A stretch of DNA of 54,114 nt from a virus (Duplodnaviria; Caudoviricetes): the IMG/VR virus record IMGVR_UViG_3300025012_000112, positions 1 to 54,114 of that record. The stretch is one strand, 5' to 3'. The translations under genes were made by a program, and so were the position numbers. Shown here piece by piece: positions 10,354 to 18,768 of this stretch (positions within the stretch are counted from its first letter, which is position 1; the number at the start of each line of letters is the position of its first letter). The notes beneath the pieces were generated by a model. It saw only the letters and a list, made by a program, of their open reading frames with translations, made no database searches and was not told the origin of the DNA.

Positions 10354-10365
10354 TGGCTTCCTCCT

Positions 10366-11139
10366 TCATAGGATTGATGTTCGACAGTTGAAGAGCACTG
10401 AGTTCTCCACTACTTGCCGCATTCTCTCGCTGAGCCCAACGGCTATATCTCTGATGACGGCGTATTCTTGAATGTACAGCTCTTCAAACGTCATGAGATA
10501 TCGCAACGACCTCGAAGTGATGTCATTGCGCCACTGGGTAACAGTTCGATCACGCAGGCGTTCCTGGTATAGAATCTCAGCCACGCCCTGCAACTTGAAG
10601 ACGCCGGTGTACGTGAACATGAATCGCTTGAATCTGGTGGCCAATGCGCTTGCTTCAGGACCCGTATCGCCCCAGCAATTAAACTGGACCTGTGTATCGA
10701 AGCGCTGTCCCCAGACAACTACTGACTCGCCCACTGGCCGAAACATGCTCGCGTCCGGAGGGTACACACATTGCGCGCATGTCTCTTCCCAGTATGGGTA
10801 ATTGGAACACTTGACCTGATTGCACACCAGGAATGCTTCGTCCTGGTTCTCGCAATGCAGGTCCGGGAATATATCCCGTATCCTCGCCTTGATCTCACCA
10901 TGCCAGGGTGTCTCGTGAACGATCTCGACCGTTATTACCGGCGTGTTCGTATTCGGGTCGGGATCCTTCTCCGTTATGAGAACTCCCGGGAGGGCCTGCT
11001 TCCCCAGCTGGACCAGCACCTCCAGGAATCCATCATAAGACAAATTCCCCTGTGCGCGAACCCTCTGCTTCTTGCCAGTGGGTCCTCCATCGTACCTCGT
11101 TACTATCATCTCCCCCTGAGGGGTGAAATGCGTCGTCAT
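10366..11139 (-). CDS. Tail completion/terminator-like protein with Cys-rich insert
   Basis: Directly upstream of the sheath. WGQRFDTQVQFNCW...FMFTYTGVFK...SRSLRY pattern resembles tail terminator proteins. Confidence 0.55.
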   Translation of the reverse strand: MTTHFTPQGEMIVTRYDGGPTGKKQRVRAQGNLSYDGFLEVLVQLGKQALPGVLITEKDPDPNTNTPVITVEIVHETPWHGEIKARIRDIFPDLHCENQDEAFLVCNQVKCSNYPYWEETCAQCVYPPDASMFRPVGESVVVWGQRFDTQVQFNCWGDTGPEASALATRFKRFMFTYTGVFKLQGVAEILYQERLRDRTVTQWRNDITSRSLRYLMTFEELYIQEYAVIRDIAVGLSERMRQVVENSVLFNCRTSIL

Positions 11140-12980
11140 ATTCCGACACCAATCGTGGTTTGCAGCCGTTCCAGTGTGTCGATTACAGTTATCGTCAGGT
11201 CTATATCCGCCTCATACATGCCGGTTCGTGTCGCAAACAGGGAGTAGTCGAAGATCGTCCAGCCCACGAACTTGTTGCAGGCTCGCTTGGCTTCCACTTC
11301 GACCTGTTGCATGGACACGCGGGATCGCCCGATGTACTTGGCTTCGACGACCCGTTTGATTGCCTGGGCCACCTGACCTACCACGCGGACGTTCTTGATG
11401 CTGCCCCATCCCGGCGTCGTGTCCCCGGAACCATCCCGCGGAGCAACCGTGACGTTGGCTCCAAAGGTAATCCCTCGAGAGATTGTGTTCCGGGTGGCGC
11501 AAACACCTCCTTGCGCCAGCACGGCAATCAGGGACTCATATAGAACGGGTAGACCGCGTACGATCCCGTCGATTGGTTTGTTGAGTGGGTCAGACCCCTC
11601 CCCTATAACTGAAATTGTGGCTGCAGCTGCCGGGGCCACGCTTGCAAATTCAGACGTGAGGTTCCCCGTTATGGTGTCATTATACTCGAGAAGGTGGTAC
11701 CCGTAAATAGCGCAGACGAATTTAGCGCCCGGGTGGACCGAGTAGTGATCCACGATCACATCCACGGAAGCGTCATTGTACGGGAGCGAGTCCACCCGAA
11801 TGGTTAGAGTCCCTCCGCCGGCCGCCGTAACGCTGACCGTTTGACCGGCAACGACAGTGGTTTCGGTGCCAGGAACTTCTCCCGGGGCCGCCCACCGCAC
11901 CCCCGTTGTCCATATCGTTCCATTATTATACCGGCGGTAGGAAAGGTGCCCCACTCCTCCCGGTGTGCCGTTGCTGACGGCCAGGAGGGATATCCCCGGG
12001 ATGGTTTCCTGAGCCCACATGGGTACGCTACCGGCCCGCATTTGTGGAACCTGAACCGGGCATCTCGTATCCGCGGGCAGTTCACGCTTGTTGTATTCTC
12101 GATCAATCGCCATGGCGCGCGTGGGCGTGGTCGCCGCGATAACACCGAAGACGGGCTGCACATACCTGCTCTGTTCGTAGCAGTAGTCCGCTAATTGCGA
12201 CCCGAACATACTGTCGGCGCCCAGTCCCATGTCGCCCATGTCGACGACCGCATCCACGGGACACACAACCCCATGCCTGACGTGTGTGAGGGACAAATAA
12301 GCGGACTCAAGGCCGTCGTGTATATATTTGAAGGACCTTGGCGTGTGCCTGGATACGGAAGGATTGGCGACTCCTGGCACCAACAAGTTTAACCAATCGT
12401 AGTAGTCGCCAGCCCGTACCACGTAGATCGATGTGGCCCCTGCCGCGTGCGCCTGTCTCCACGCTTTGTTTATGGATGTGTACGGCGGAAAAAGCCGGTC
12501 CAGTTGTTCGACATCGTCGATCCCCATCAGGTAATTGTCCGGGGCCAATCTTTTGTCTCCAAGGCCCACGAGAACCACCGACGAGGACATAGTGCTGCCA
12601 CGGGTGACCGGTTCCGGGAACATGGCTTTAATGAATCGATCGGGCCACGGGGTGATTGTAAAGAGGTCGGTCTCGTCGGCAAAAGCCGGGACTTCGCCAG
12701 TGATCGGATCCGGCTGGTCATACTTCTCAAGCCGTATCTTGGCTGTGGTTGTTGTTATATCCGGAGGAGCCTTGAACGAGTACACGCTGTCGGGGATCCG
12801 GAACCTGGCCTGTCCGTTGCTTAGGGTAGGAGCCAAGTTGTTCCAGGTGTCGCCGCTGTCGGAGCTTATCATGACCTGAGCCCATTCCGCGGTCCCGCCG
12901 TAGACCCATTCGAGGTTGATGGTGTCCACCCCGGGCCGGAACTCCGCCAGAGACCGTCCTGTGCGCCATATTCTAAGCAA
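11136..12980 (-). CDS. Second sheath-like protein with N-terminal beta-sandwich
   Basis: VVLVG, AHAAGATSIYVVRAG, FGSQLADYCYEQS and KNVRVV...YIGR mirror the main sheath motifs AYDAGARGVNAMRIG, FGQVLAEHCYQCS and STVRVV...FLGQ. Confidence 0.65.
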   Translation of the reverse strand: MLRIWRTGRSLAEFRPGVDTINLEWVYGGTAEWAQVMISSDSGDTWNNLAPTLSNGQARFRIPDSVYSFKAPPDITTTTAKIRLEKYDQPDPITGEVPAFADETDLFTITPWPDRFIKAMFPEPVTRGSTMSSSVVLVGLGDKRLAPDNYLMGIDDVEQLDRLFPPYTSINKAWRQAHAAGATSIYVVRAGDYYDWLNLLVPGVANPSVSRHTPRSFKYIHDGLESAYLSLTHVRHGVVCPVDAVVDMGDMGLGADSMFGSQLADYCYEQSRYVQPVFGVIAATTPTRAMAIDREYNKRELPADTRCPVQVPQMRAGSVPMWAQETIPGISLLAVSNGTPGGVGHLSYRRYNNGTIWTTGVRWAAPGEVPGTETTVVAGQTVSVTAAGGGTLTIRVDSLPYNDASVDVIVDHYSVHPGAKFVCAIYGYHLLEYNDTITGNLTSEFASVAPAAAATISVIGEGSDPLNKPIDGIVRGLPVLYESLIAVLAQGGVCATRNTISRGITFGANVTVAPRDGSGDTTPGWGSIKNVRVVGQVAQAIKRVVEAKYIGRSRVSMQQVEVEAKRACNKFVGWTIFDYSLFATRTGMYEADIDLTITVIDTLERLQTTIGVGI

Positions 12981-13749
12981 GGATGTCCGCCCCCTCCACG
13001 GTGAACTTGTACTCGTACACTTGTCCTACAACGTTGGCCATGACGGGCGCCAGCTTGATGTACCAAACACCATTGTACAGTGCGTACCGGCGGAAGTCCA
13101 CATTATGTTCGTGGGTCCGGTACGGCAACGCATAATTGTGCCGGTCCAATGTCAGGTTCCACAGAAAATAGTCGGCCGGTCCACATGCCCATTCAAGAAA
13201 GGGCGTGCTGCTGTGACACCGGCCACTCTCGGGTACGAATACGTCTTTGTCTTTTGACTCCCAGAGTACAACGTCGGTTACCGCGCCACCCCACGCATCC
13301 AGGACCGGCGTGAATGGGAATTCGTACCAGGGGGTCCACCACCTGTCCGTCCCCGGGGTCTGCTCTGCTTGAGGATCCACGGTGGCCCGAACCCTGATGG
13401 TGGTACGCTTCCCGGGAGCGAACGCCACCGGAGGCTTGATCCAGATACTCGCGCCCGCGTCCGCGGAGACGGTGCTCGTATATGGGGTGCTGAATATGGA
13501 TTGGAAGTACTGGTCGTAATAGGGAAAGGTCTGAGTATATGTGTGAAGGATACCGTCGCTATCTGTAAGTTGAACCTCAAAATAGACGAACTCGTAGATG
13601 TCGTGGACGTGGTCGGCGGCCAGTTCGATGGAAGGCTCCACCGCGGAGATTCTGTCCAGGTTCCTGACAAAGACCGGATAGGGAGCTCCCACTGGCGCGG
13701 AGGCTCCAATCTGCATCTCGCCGAAGCTTCCCTGTCCGAAGCTACCCAT
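12973..13749 (-). CDS. Hypothetical virion protein (beta-sandwich-like)
   Basis: Start moved to ATG 13749, just after the upstream stop. Aromatic, beta-rich sequence. Confidence 0.55.
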   Translation of the reverse strand: MGSFGQGSFGEMQIGASAPVGAPYPVFVRNLDRISAVEPSIELAADHVHDIYEFVYFEVQLTDSDGILHTYTQTFPYYDQYFQSIFSTPYTSTVSADAGASIWIKPPVAFAPGKRTTIRVRATVDPQAEQTPGTDRWWTPWYEFPFTPVLDAWGGAVTDVVLWESKDKDVFVPESGRCHSSTPFLEWACGPADYFLWNLTLDRHNYALPYRTHEHNVDFRRYALYNGVWYIKLAPVMANVVGQVYEYKFTVEGADILA

Positions 13750-13751
13750 CT

Positions 13752-14567
13752 TTAGAACTCCAATTTGACCCCGATGGAGTAGAAGAGACCGCACAACTTG
13801 CCGCCAAAGCTGCATCCATAACCCGCGCCGATACGTGGTAGGTCGAGGATGTCAGCCTGCAGCGCGCCTCCGAGGAGATCGTCTCCCACGATGATCCCAG
13901 GTCCAATAGAGATAATTTGACCGATTCCAAAAGCTTTGACTGAGTAGCCCGCCACTGGCTTGATTTTGTTGTCATGATAGGCCGCGCCAATTGTGAATCT
14001 CATGTCCCGCGCCTTCCTGGCGACGGGAGCGATATCGGTCTTAGTGGTAACCGTGGTTGTCGCGGACATGGTCTCGGTTGCCCGTTCCTTCTCCGTGACG
14101 GCCGTGGCTACAGTTGCCGTTGCGGTAGTTTCGACAACAGTGGTTGCCGTGGCCACCGAGTGCGTCTCGTTCTTGGAGTCCGTGCTGGATATCTCCCGTT
14201 CCGTTACCCTTGTCTCAATACGTTCCGTGACCTTGTCCGTCCCCGGCATATATATTGTCCGGATTGTGCTTTCTTCTCTGTCCTTATTTGTATTCATGGA
14301 GCTGGTAATCAAAGAATCCATGCGCGCCTGCTGTGTTTGCATGGCCCGGCTTTGTTCGACCATCTGTTTGTTGATGGTCTCAGTGCGCTCCTTCTCGATC
14401 ATGAGCTGGCTCTGGTATTGCTCTTGCAGGGTCTTCTCTTTCTTAATGGATCTCTGTGTCAGGCCGTAGAATATCGACCCGAGCGCAACCAAAATGAGCA
14501 GGACGCATCCCGCGATGATCCACTTACTTTTCGGGCTCAGACGTGACAGGTTGCTTGGGATTTCCAT
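13752..14567 (-). CDS. Spanin-like lysis protein (N-terminal TM, coiled coil, Thr-rich stalk, C-terminal amphipathic beta strands)
   Basis: SD GGAGGAG before ATG 14567. TM WIIAGCVLLILVALGSIFYGL. Ends FYSIGVKLEF. Adjacent to holin-like genes. Confidence 0.55.
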   Translation of the reverse strand: MEIPSNLSRLSPKSKWIIAGCVLLILVALGSIFYGLTQRSIKKEKTLQEQYQSQLMIEKERTETINKQMVEQSRAMQTQQARMDSLITSSMNTNKDREESTIRTIYMPGTDKVTERIETRVTEREISSTDSKNETHSVATATTVVETTATATVATAVTEKERATETMSATTTVTTKTDIAPVARKARDMRFTIGAAYHDNKIKPVAGYSVKAFGIGQIISIGPGIIVGDDLLGGALQADILDLPRIGAGYGCSFGGKLCGLFYSIGVKLEF

Positions 14568-14877
14568 CGATGTCTCCTCCACTTCCTCCCCCATCCAATG
14601 CGGGGAATGAGAACTTTCCTTTCAGGAGCAGAAGCTTGTGGCTAAAGGCAAAGGATAAAACAAATAGTGTCAAGACTTCCAGGAAGTTGAAGATGATGTC
14701 CGCATGGGGGACTACTTTGTTGTGTCTGACAATATAAATCACAATGGAAGCGTCTAAAAAGAAGGTCAACCACCCCATGCACCGCCCCATTGAGGCAATC
14801 CTATTATGCGTGATCTGATCGGCCTCGGTAAATAGCGGTCCCAGCCAAGCCCATCCCCGGCGGATACTATTCTTCAT
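14524..14877 (-). CDS. Holin-like protein (two TM segments)
   Basis: Start MKNSIRR at 14877. ASMGRCMGWLTFF TM, a second TM, and a charged C-terminal tail. Confidence 0.55.
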   Translation of the reverse strand: MKNSIRRGWAWLGPLFTEADQITHNRIASMGRCMGWLTFFLDASIVIYIVRHNKVVPHADIIFNFLEVLTLFVLSFAFSHKLLLLKGKFSFPALDGGGSGGDIDGNPKQPVTSEPEK

Positions 14878-15055
14878 TCTTCGTCTCCGCTCCCATGATG
14901 TGCGAGAGGCCACCATCTTCTTCCATCTTGCGGGTGATCGCGTCCAGCTTTCTTATGGCTGCGTCACATTCGTCCAGCGCAACACAGACGAGTGCGTTGG
15001 ACAGTTGGTAACCAGGGGTGATGGTCGCCAACTTTTCCTTTTGTGCTTCGGTCAT
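14867..15055 (-). CDS. Small hypothetical protein
   Basis: 62 aa, translationally coupled (TAATG) with SD GGGGG. Confidence 0.55.
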   Translation of the reverse strand: MTEAQKEKLATITPGYQLSNALVCVALDECDAAIRKLDAITRKMEEDGGLSHIMGAETKNEE

Positions 15056-15426
15056 TACTTGCCCCCGTTCAGCTTGTCGAGCATACCAGAGAACTTGCTA
15101 ACCACCGCCGTCAGGTTGTTGACGGCATCCGCAACCCTATTGTTCATCCGTTCCATTGTTTCACACATCTGCCGGTTCCCGTTATGCATGGATTCATACA
15201 GGTCCGCTAGGTTCTTCTGGTGCTCAGCTCTGAGTTCTGCCATGGCACTTGCGTTGAATGCCAGGAGCTCCGCCGCGGTCTTGTTTGACTTCTCCACACA
15301 CTCTTTGCACTTATCCGCCTGTCTGGATAAGGCCGTTGTATATTGTTTGTACATGAATATTATAACGCCGGCCAATGCCAGCGTGATAACTCCGAAGACC
15401 CCCTGTTCCATCAGGACTTCTCTCAT
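15055..15426 (-). CDS. BhlA/UviB-like holin or hemolysin-like membrane protein
   Basis: SD GGAGG, start MREVLMEQGVFGVITLALAGVIIFMYK, one N-terminal TM followed by a coiled coil. Confidence 0.55.
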   Translation of the reverse strand: MREVLMEQGVFGVITLALAGVIIFMYKQYTTALSRQADKCKECVEKSNKTAAELLAFNASAMAELRAEHQKNLADLYESMHNGNRQMCETMERMNNRVADAVNNLTAVVSKFSGMLDKLNGGK

Positions 15427-16088
15427 TGCTTCCCCTCCAGTGTGAACTTGTTGTTCGAATAAGTCGCGTATGTGAAGCAATCAATGGCACTGCCGGGATT
15501 CACGTAGGTGACTTCGAATTGTCCAGTACAGTCCCGGTAAATCTCGGGTTTGTGGCTATGCCCTATAATCGCCACGGTCCCGCCTTTCAGTTTGCATCTG
15601 TCGATGGCGTCAAATTTGAACGCCGGATCCGCGGAACGACTACTGCCCGCGCGTGCCAGGAAGTCGTGCTTGGTGACCCACCGTGCAATCTTCCGGAACT
15701 TGGTCTTCTCATCGTACCGATCCAGGAACTTGAACAGCCAACCCCATCGGCCTATCAGGTGTCCGTGTTCGATATACCACACCCGTCCATCAATCAGTAA
15801 TTGGGTGTGTGGATATCGCTGCCCTTCAAAGATCGGGGGTTGAACGAGCGGAGCGTCGTGATTGCCGGGAACCGTAGCAATGAGTCGTTCCCGCATCCAC
15901 CGGAGGATGTCCCTGGTTTCCACGTCGACGCTCCCCCGGGAGGCAAACCTGAGATCGACAATGTCCCCGGCCGCGACAATTTTGCCCCCATCTTTCTCAA
16001 TCCGCGTTTGAGCGCGCCGTATCCCTGCGACATCACAGCACGGATGTTTAAGGTGTAGATCGGACCATATGTGAATAGGACAGTCCAT
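15423..16088 (-). CDS. Calcineurin-like metallophosphoesterase (LpxH-like architecture)
   Basis: All five motifs are present: SDLHL, GDIVD, PGNHD, EHGH, GHSH, plus YVNPGS. Confidence 0.85.
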   Translation of the reverse strand: MDCPIHIWSDLHLKHPCCDVAGIRRAQTRIEKDGGKIVAAGDIVDLRFASRGSVDVETRDILRWMRERLIATVPGNHDAPLVQPPIFEGQRYPHTQLLIDGRVWYIEHGHLIGRWGWLFKFLDRYDEKTKFRKIARWVTKHDFLARAGSSRSADPAFKFDAIDRCKLKGGTVAIIGHSHKPEIYRDCTGQFEVTYVNPGSAIDCFTYATYSNNKFTLEGKQ

Positions 16089-16187
16089 GCGAACCCCCTA
16101 TGTGTCATTATTGCCGTCCCCTCCCCCGATCCCTGTCGTTACCAATATGTGAAGTGTGAACATCTGCATGCGCCCTCATAATCCAAA

Positions 16188-16400
16188 TCAAATTGGCGTC
16201 AACACAAAATGGTTCGTCTCAAGAATCTGTTTGCATGAAACGCAAACCCCACGTTCCATGCTATTCACGCCATCATCGACGGTATACGTCGTCAAAGGCT
16301 TTTCCAACATACAGTAACCGCAGACATCCTTGTCTCCACCAGATGAAGCAGCCGCCGGATTGGCCGGCACCATGATGTTTTGTTTGCGAACAATTCCCAT
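16188..16400 (-). CDS. Small zinc-finger protein
   Basis: CGYC...CVSC; coupled to the upstream gene by TAATG; SD GAGGTG. Confidence 0.6.
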   Translation of the reverse strand: MGIVRKQNIMVPANPAAASSGGDKDVCGYCMLEKPLTTYTVDDGVNSMERGVCVSCKQILETNHFVLTPI

Positions 16401-18112
16401 TATACCACCTCGACAGGATCATAAAATCCTATGGCATATATGTCGGCGGTATACGCCGTGGCGGCCCCAATCGTCAGGACTCTGAATCTAACCGGGTCTC
16501 CAACTTCACCGGGGACCACCAGCACCTTGTCTTCCAGAGGATATATCTTATATGTGTTAGGTGACCCAACGGTCAAAACAGGATCGCCAATCCATCTGGC
16601 CTCGTCGCTTGTTGTACCAATCCTGATTGTTGGCTGAACCGTAACCGCGACCGCGGTCTTAACTCTCAGAATAAACTTAGTTGGGAAGAACCTCTTTGTG
16701 GGATTGAGGATTACTGTATACCCATCAACGGTCAGGTCAACGTCCTCGGCTATTCCAAGAATCACTTCGGTGTGCGTTTGATAAAACCCTTGATTGACCG
16801 GCCGCTGCGGATCATCGTCCGGAACGGATGCCACCTTCATGGGCTTCCCCGTGAAATCAAATAAAGCATAATCCGTCTGGAACGAGCCATCGCTCTTCTG
16901 TCCAAAATGAGTCTTCGGAGTTCCCCCCGTCGTCCTATGCTTGAAGATATAATCCGTGGCAACGAGATTGGATGGGTCAGTAGCATTTACATTGTCGAAC
17001 AACGTCGTTGTAGTCGGAAATGTCACGGCCTGAACAACCGCATCATCAAGATAGGCATTTGCCACCTCAAATTTCCCGGCGACCATGCACATCAGTTTAC
17101 CAGTAGAGGGAACCGTAAACACCCCTGAAGTGAATTGCTGATAACTTGCCGTCAAACCCATGGTATAAACCTGATCAGCGGTGGGATTCGCACCTTCTGT
17201 CACTGTATCCCATTCCTGATTCGTAAAATTCCACCATTGAGTTTGAAAGGGGAACGTTTCATTTGCCGCACCAATCATCAAATCCGTTTCCGTATCATAT
17301 CTTGCCCAAGCCGTGACTCTATAATACTGCCCAGTCGTTAAACCGGTTCTCAATTGCGCGACGCATCCGTTATTCTCAACACTTCCAATAAACTTCGCGG
17401 CATAAGAACCGCTACGGACTATTGTATCTTCCCTGATGATATTATTGCCTGATGGATTAAACCAATAATACAGATCAGACGTACTTGTTGTCCACAGCTC
17501 AAAGTCCGAGTTCGTAAAGACATTCGGCCCGGTTCCGTCTTTCTTAAGAGCGGCATCGTCGACCAATACCCCATCACCGCGCGAAACAAAATCGACCTCC
17601 ACTGAACCGGCGGACGGGACGGTGACGGCCGGAAAGACAACCTGGGTATAAGCCCCAGTCAGTGCCGATGATTCGTATATGTGGTCCCCAGAAGGAAGGC
17701 CGCCAGAATCCAAATCCCACTCCTGCGTATTAAAATTCCACAGGTAATAGTCGGGCAGATCTTCGTACCCATAAATCACCATAAGGGTTTCTCCGTCTCC
17801 CTTCCCGTAAATAGACGGAGTATAAGAATCTGCTGGCGTCAATCCCTCAACTATCTCCCCAATAGCTGAGGCATTCGTGATGCCGGAACCACCCGCGCCA
17901 TGAAGTTCAACGGCATAAGTGCCACCGCGCGAATCCGTGCTCTTAGTCGGCTTTAATCCCGCACCAACCCCGTCAATCCACCACCCGTCGGGGGTCTCGG
18001 CCCATATCTCAAAGCCGCCATCAGTAAGGATGTTAGAGCCAAACGCGACCGCGCTCTGGACCTTACCAAGTAGCAAGCTATCGTTCTCGAAACCCACCTT
18101 ATTACTTGACAT
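16400..18112 (-). CDS. Fibre/adhesin with two tandem carbohydrate-binding (CBM4/9-like) modules
   Basis: Duplicated unit: NILTDGGFEIW...WNFNTQEWD...VDDAAL and NVFTNSDFELW...WNFTNQEWD...LDDAVV. Confidence 0.65.
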   Translation of the reverse strand: MSSNKVGFENDSLLLGKVQSAVAFGSNILTDGGFEIWAETPDGWWIDGVGAGLKPTKSTDSRGGTYAVELHGAGGSGITNASAIGEIVEGLTPADSYTPSIYGKGDGETLMVIYGYEDLPDYYLWNFNTQEWDLDSGGLPSGDHIYESSALTGAYTQVVFPAVTVPSAGSVEVDFVSRGDGVLVDDAALKKDGTGPNVFTNSDFELWTTSTSDLYYWFNPSGNNIIREDTIVRSGSYAAKFIGSVENNGCVAQLRTGLTTGQYYRVTAWARYDTETDLMIGAANETFPFQTQWWNFTNQEWDTVTEGANPTADQVYTMGLTASYQQFTSGVFTVPSTGKLMCMVAGKFEVANAYLDDAVVQAVTFPTTTTLFDNVNATDPSNLVATDYIFKHRTTGGTPKTHFGQKSDGSFQTDYALFDFTGKPMKVASVPDDDPQRPVNQGFYQTHTEVILGIAEDVDLTVDGYTVILNPTKRFFPTKFILRVKTAVAVTVQPTIRIGTTSDEARWIGDPVLTVGSPNTYKIYPLEDKVLVVPGEVGDPVRFRVLTIGAATAYTADIYAIGFYDPVEVV

Positions 18113-18143
18113 CTTCTGCTCTCCTGTCTCCTATTCCGTAAGG

Positions 18144-18755
18144 CTACATTTCAACACAGGACCACTTACACTTCCAGTTAATGGTTTTGCCAGCCTGCCC
18201 TGTCACGAGAACCGATAGGTCCCCTCCGTCTACTGAAAAGGCCACTTCCCACGCAGGATTCGTTTCCTGAGTATGAAGAACGGTAATATTCCCCTGTATC
18301 ATGGCCCCTTCCCCGGTACGCCTGCCCGCGGTAAGGCAGAAACGGTACGATCCGTATTCCGTCTCGTCCGCGCTTCTGGCCACGACAACTATATCGGCAT
18401 GAATGACGACCCCTTCTCCGAGAGATTCTGACAGTATAAGGGACGGTGTCGCGTCTGTTGTCTGAATCTCCCCTTGCTCAGTAACGATCCCTTCCTTCGT
18501 AGAGACATCAGCCCACGAGGCGGCCTCCTCCGTATCTGTAATCGGGATTCCTCCCACAACGAGAATAATGTCTCCACTTGCCACAAGCGCCGCAAGCTCC
18601 TGGCTATATATACCAAGGAACTCGATCTCACTGACGACGTCGGGGACGACATCCGTGTACACCCCGCCATTCGCGGGGACAATAATCCCGCCCAGCGACT
18701 GAAGAGGAATCGCTGGGCCGGGATTCTTGCTTTTGAGAGTTATGGGGGTGGCCAT
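18144..18755 (-). CDS. Virion fibre/decoration protein
   Basis: SD GGAGG. C-terminal QTTDATP...VLVTGQAGKTINWK beta domain of a kind seen at fibre ends. Confidence 0.55.
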   Translation of the reverse strand: MATPITLKSKNPGPAIPLQSLGGIIVPANGGVYTDVVPDVVSEIEFLGIYSQELAALVASGDIILVVGGIPITDTEEAASWADVSTKEGIVTEQGEIQTTDATPSLILSESLGEGVVIHADIVVVARSADETEYGSYRFCLTAGRRTGEGAMIQGNITVLHTQETNPAWEVAFSVDGGDLSVLVTGQAGKTINWKCKWSCVEM

Positions 18756-18768
18756 CTACGGCCCTCCA

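Noticed and set aside
2277-12980. Extracellular contractile injection system or tailocin
   Set aside because: Multiple sheath and tube paralogues suggest one, but capsid, portal, protease and terminase genes are in the same operon.
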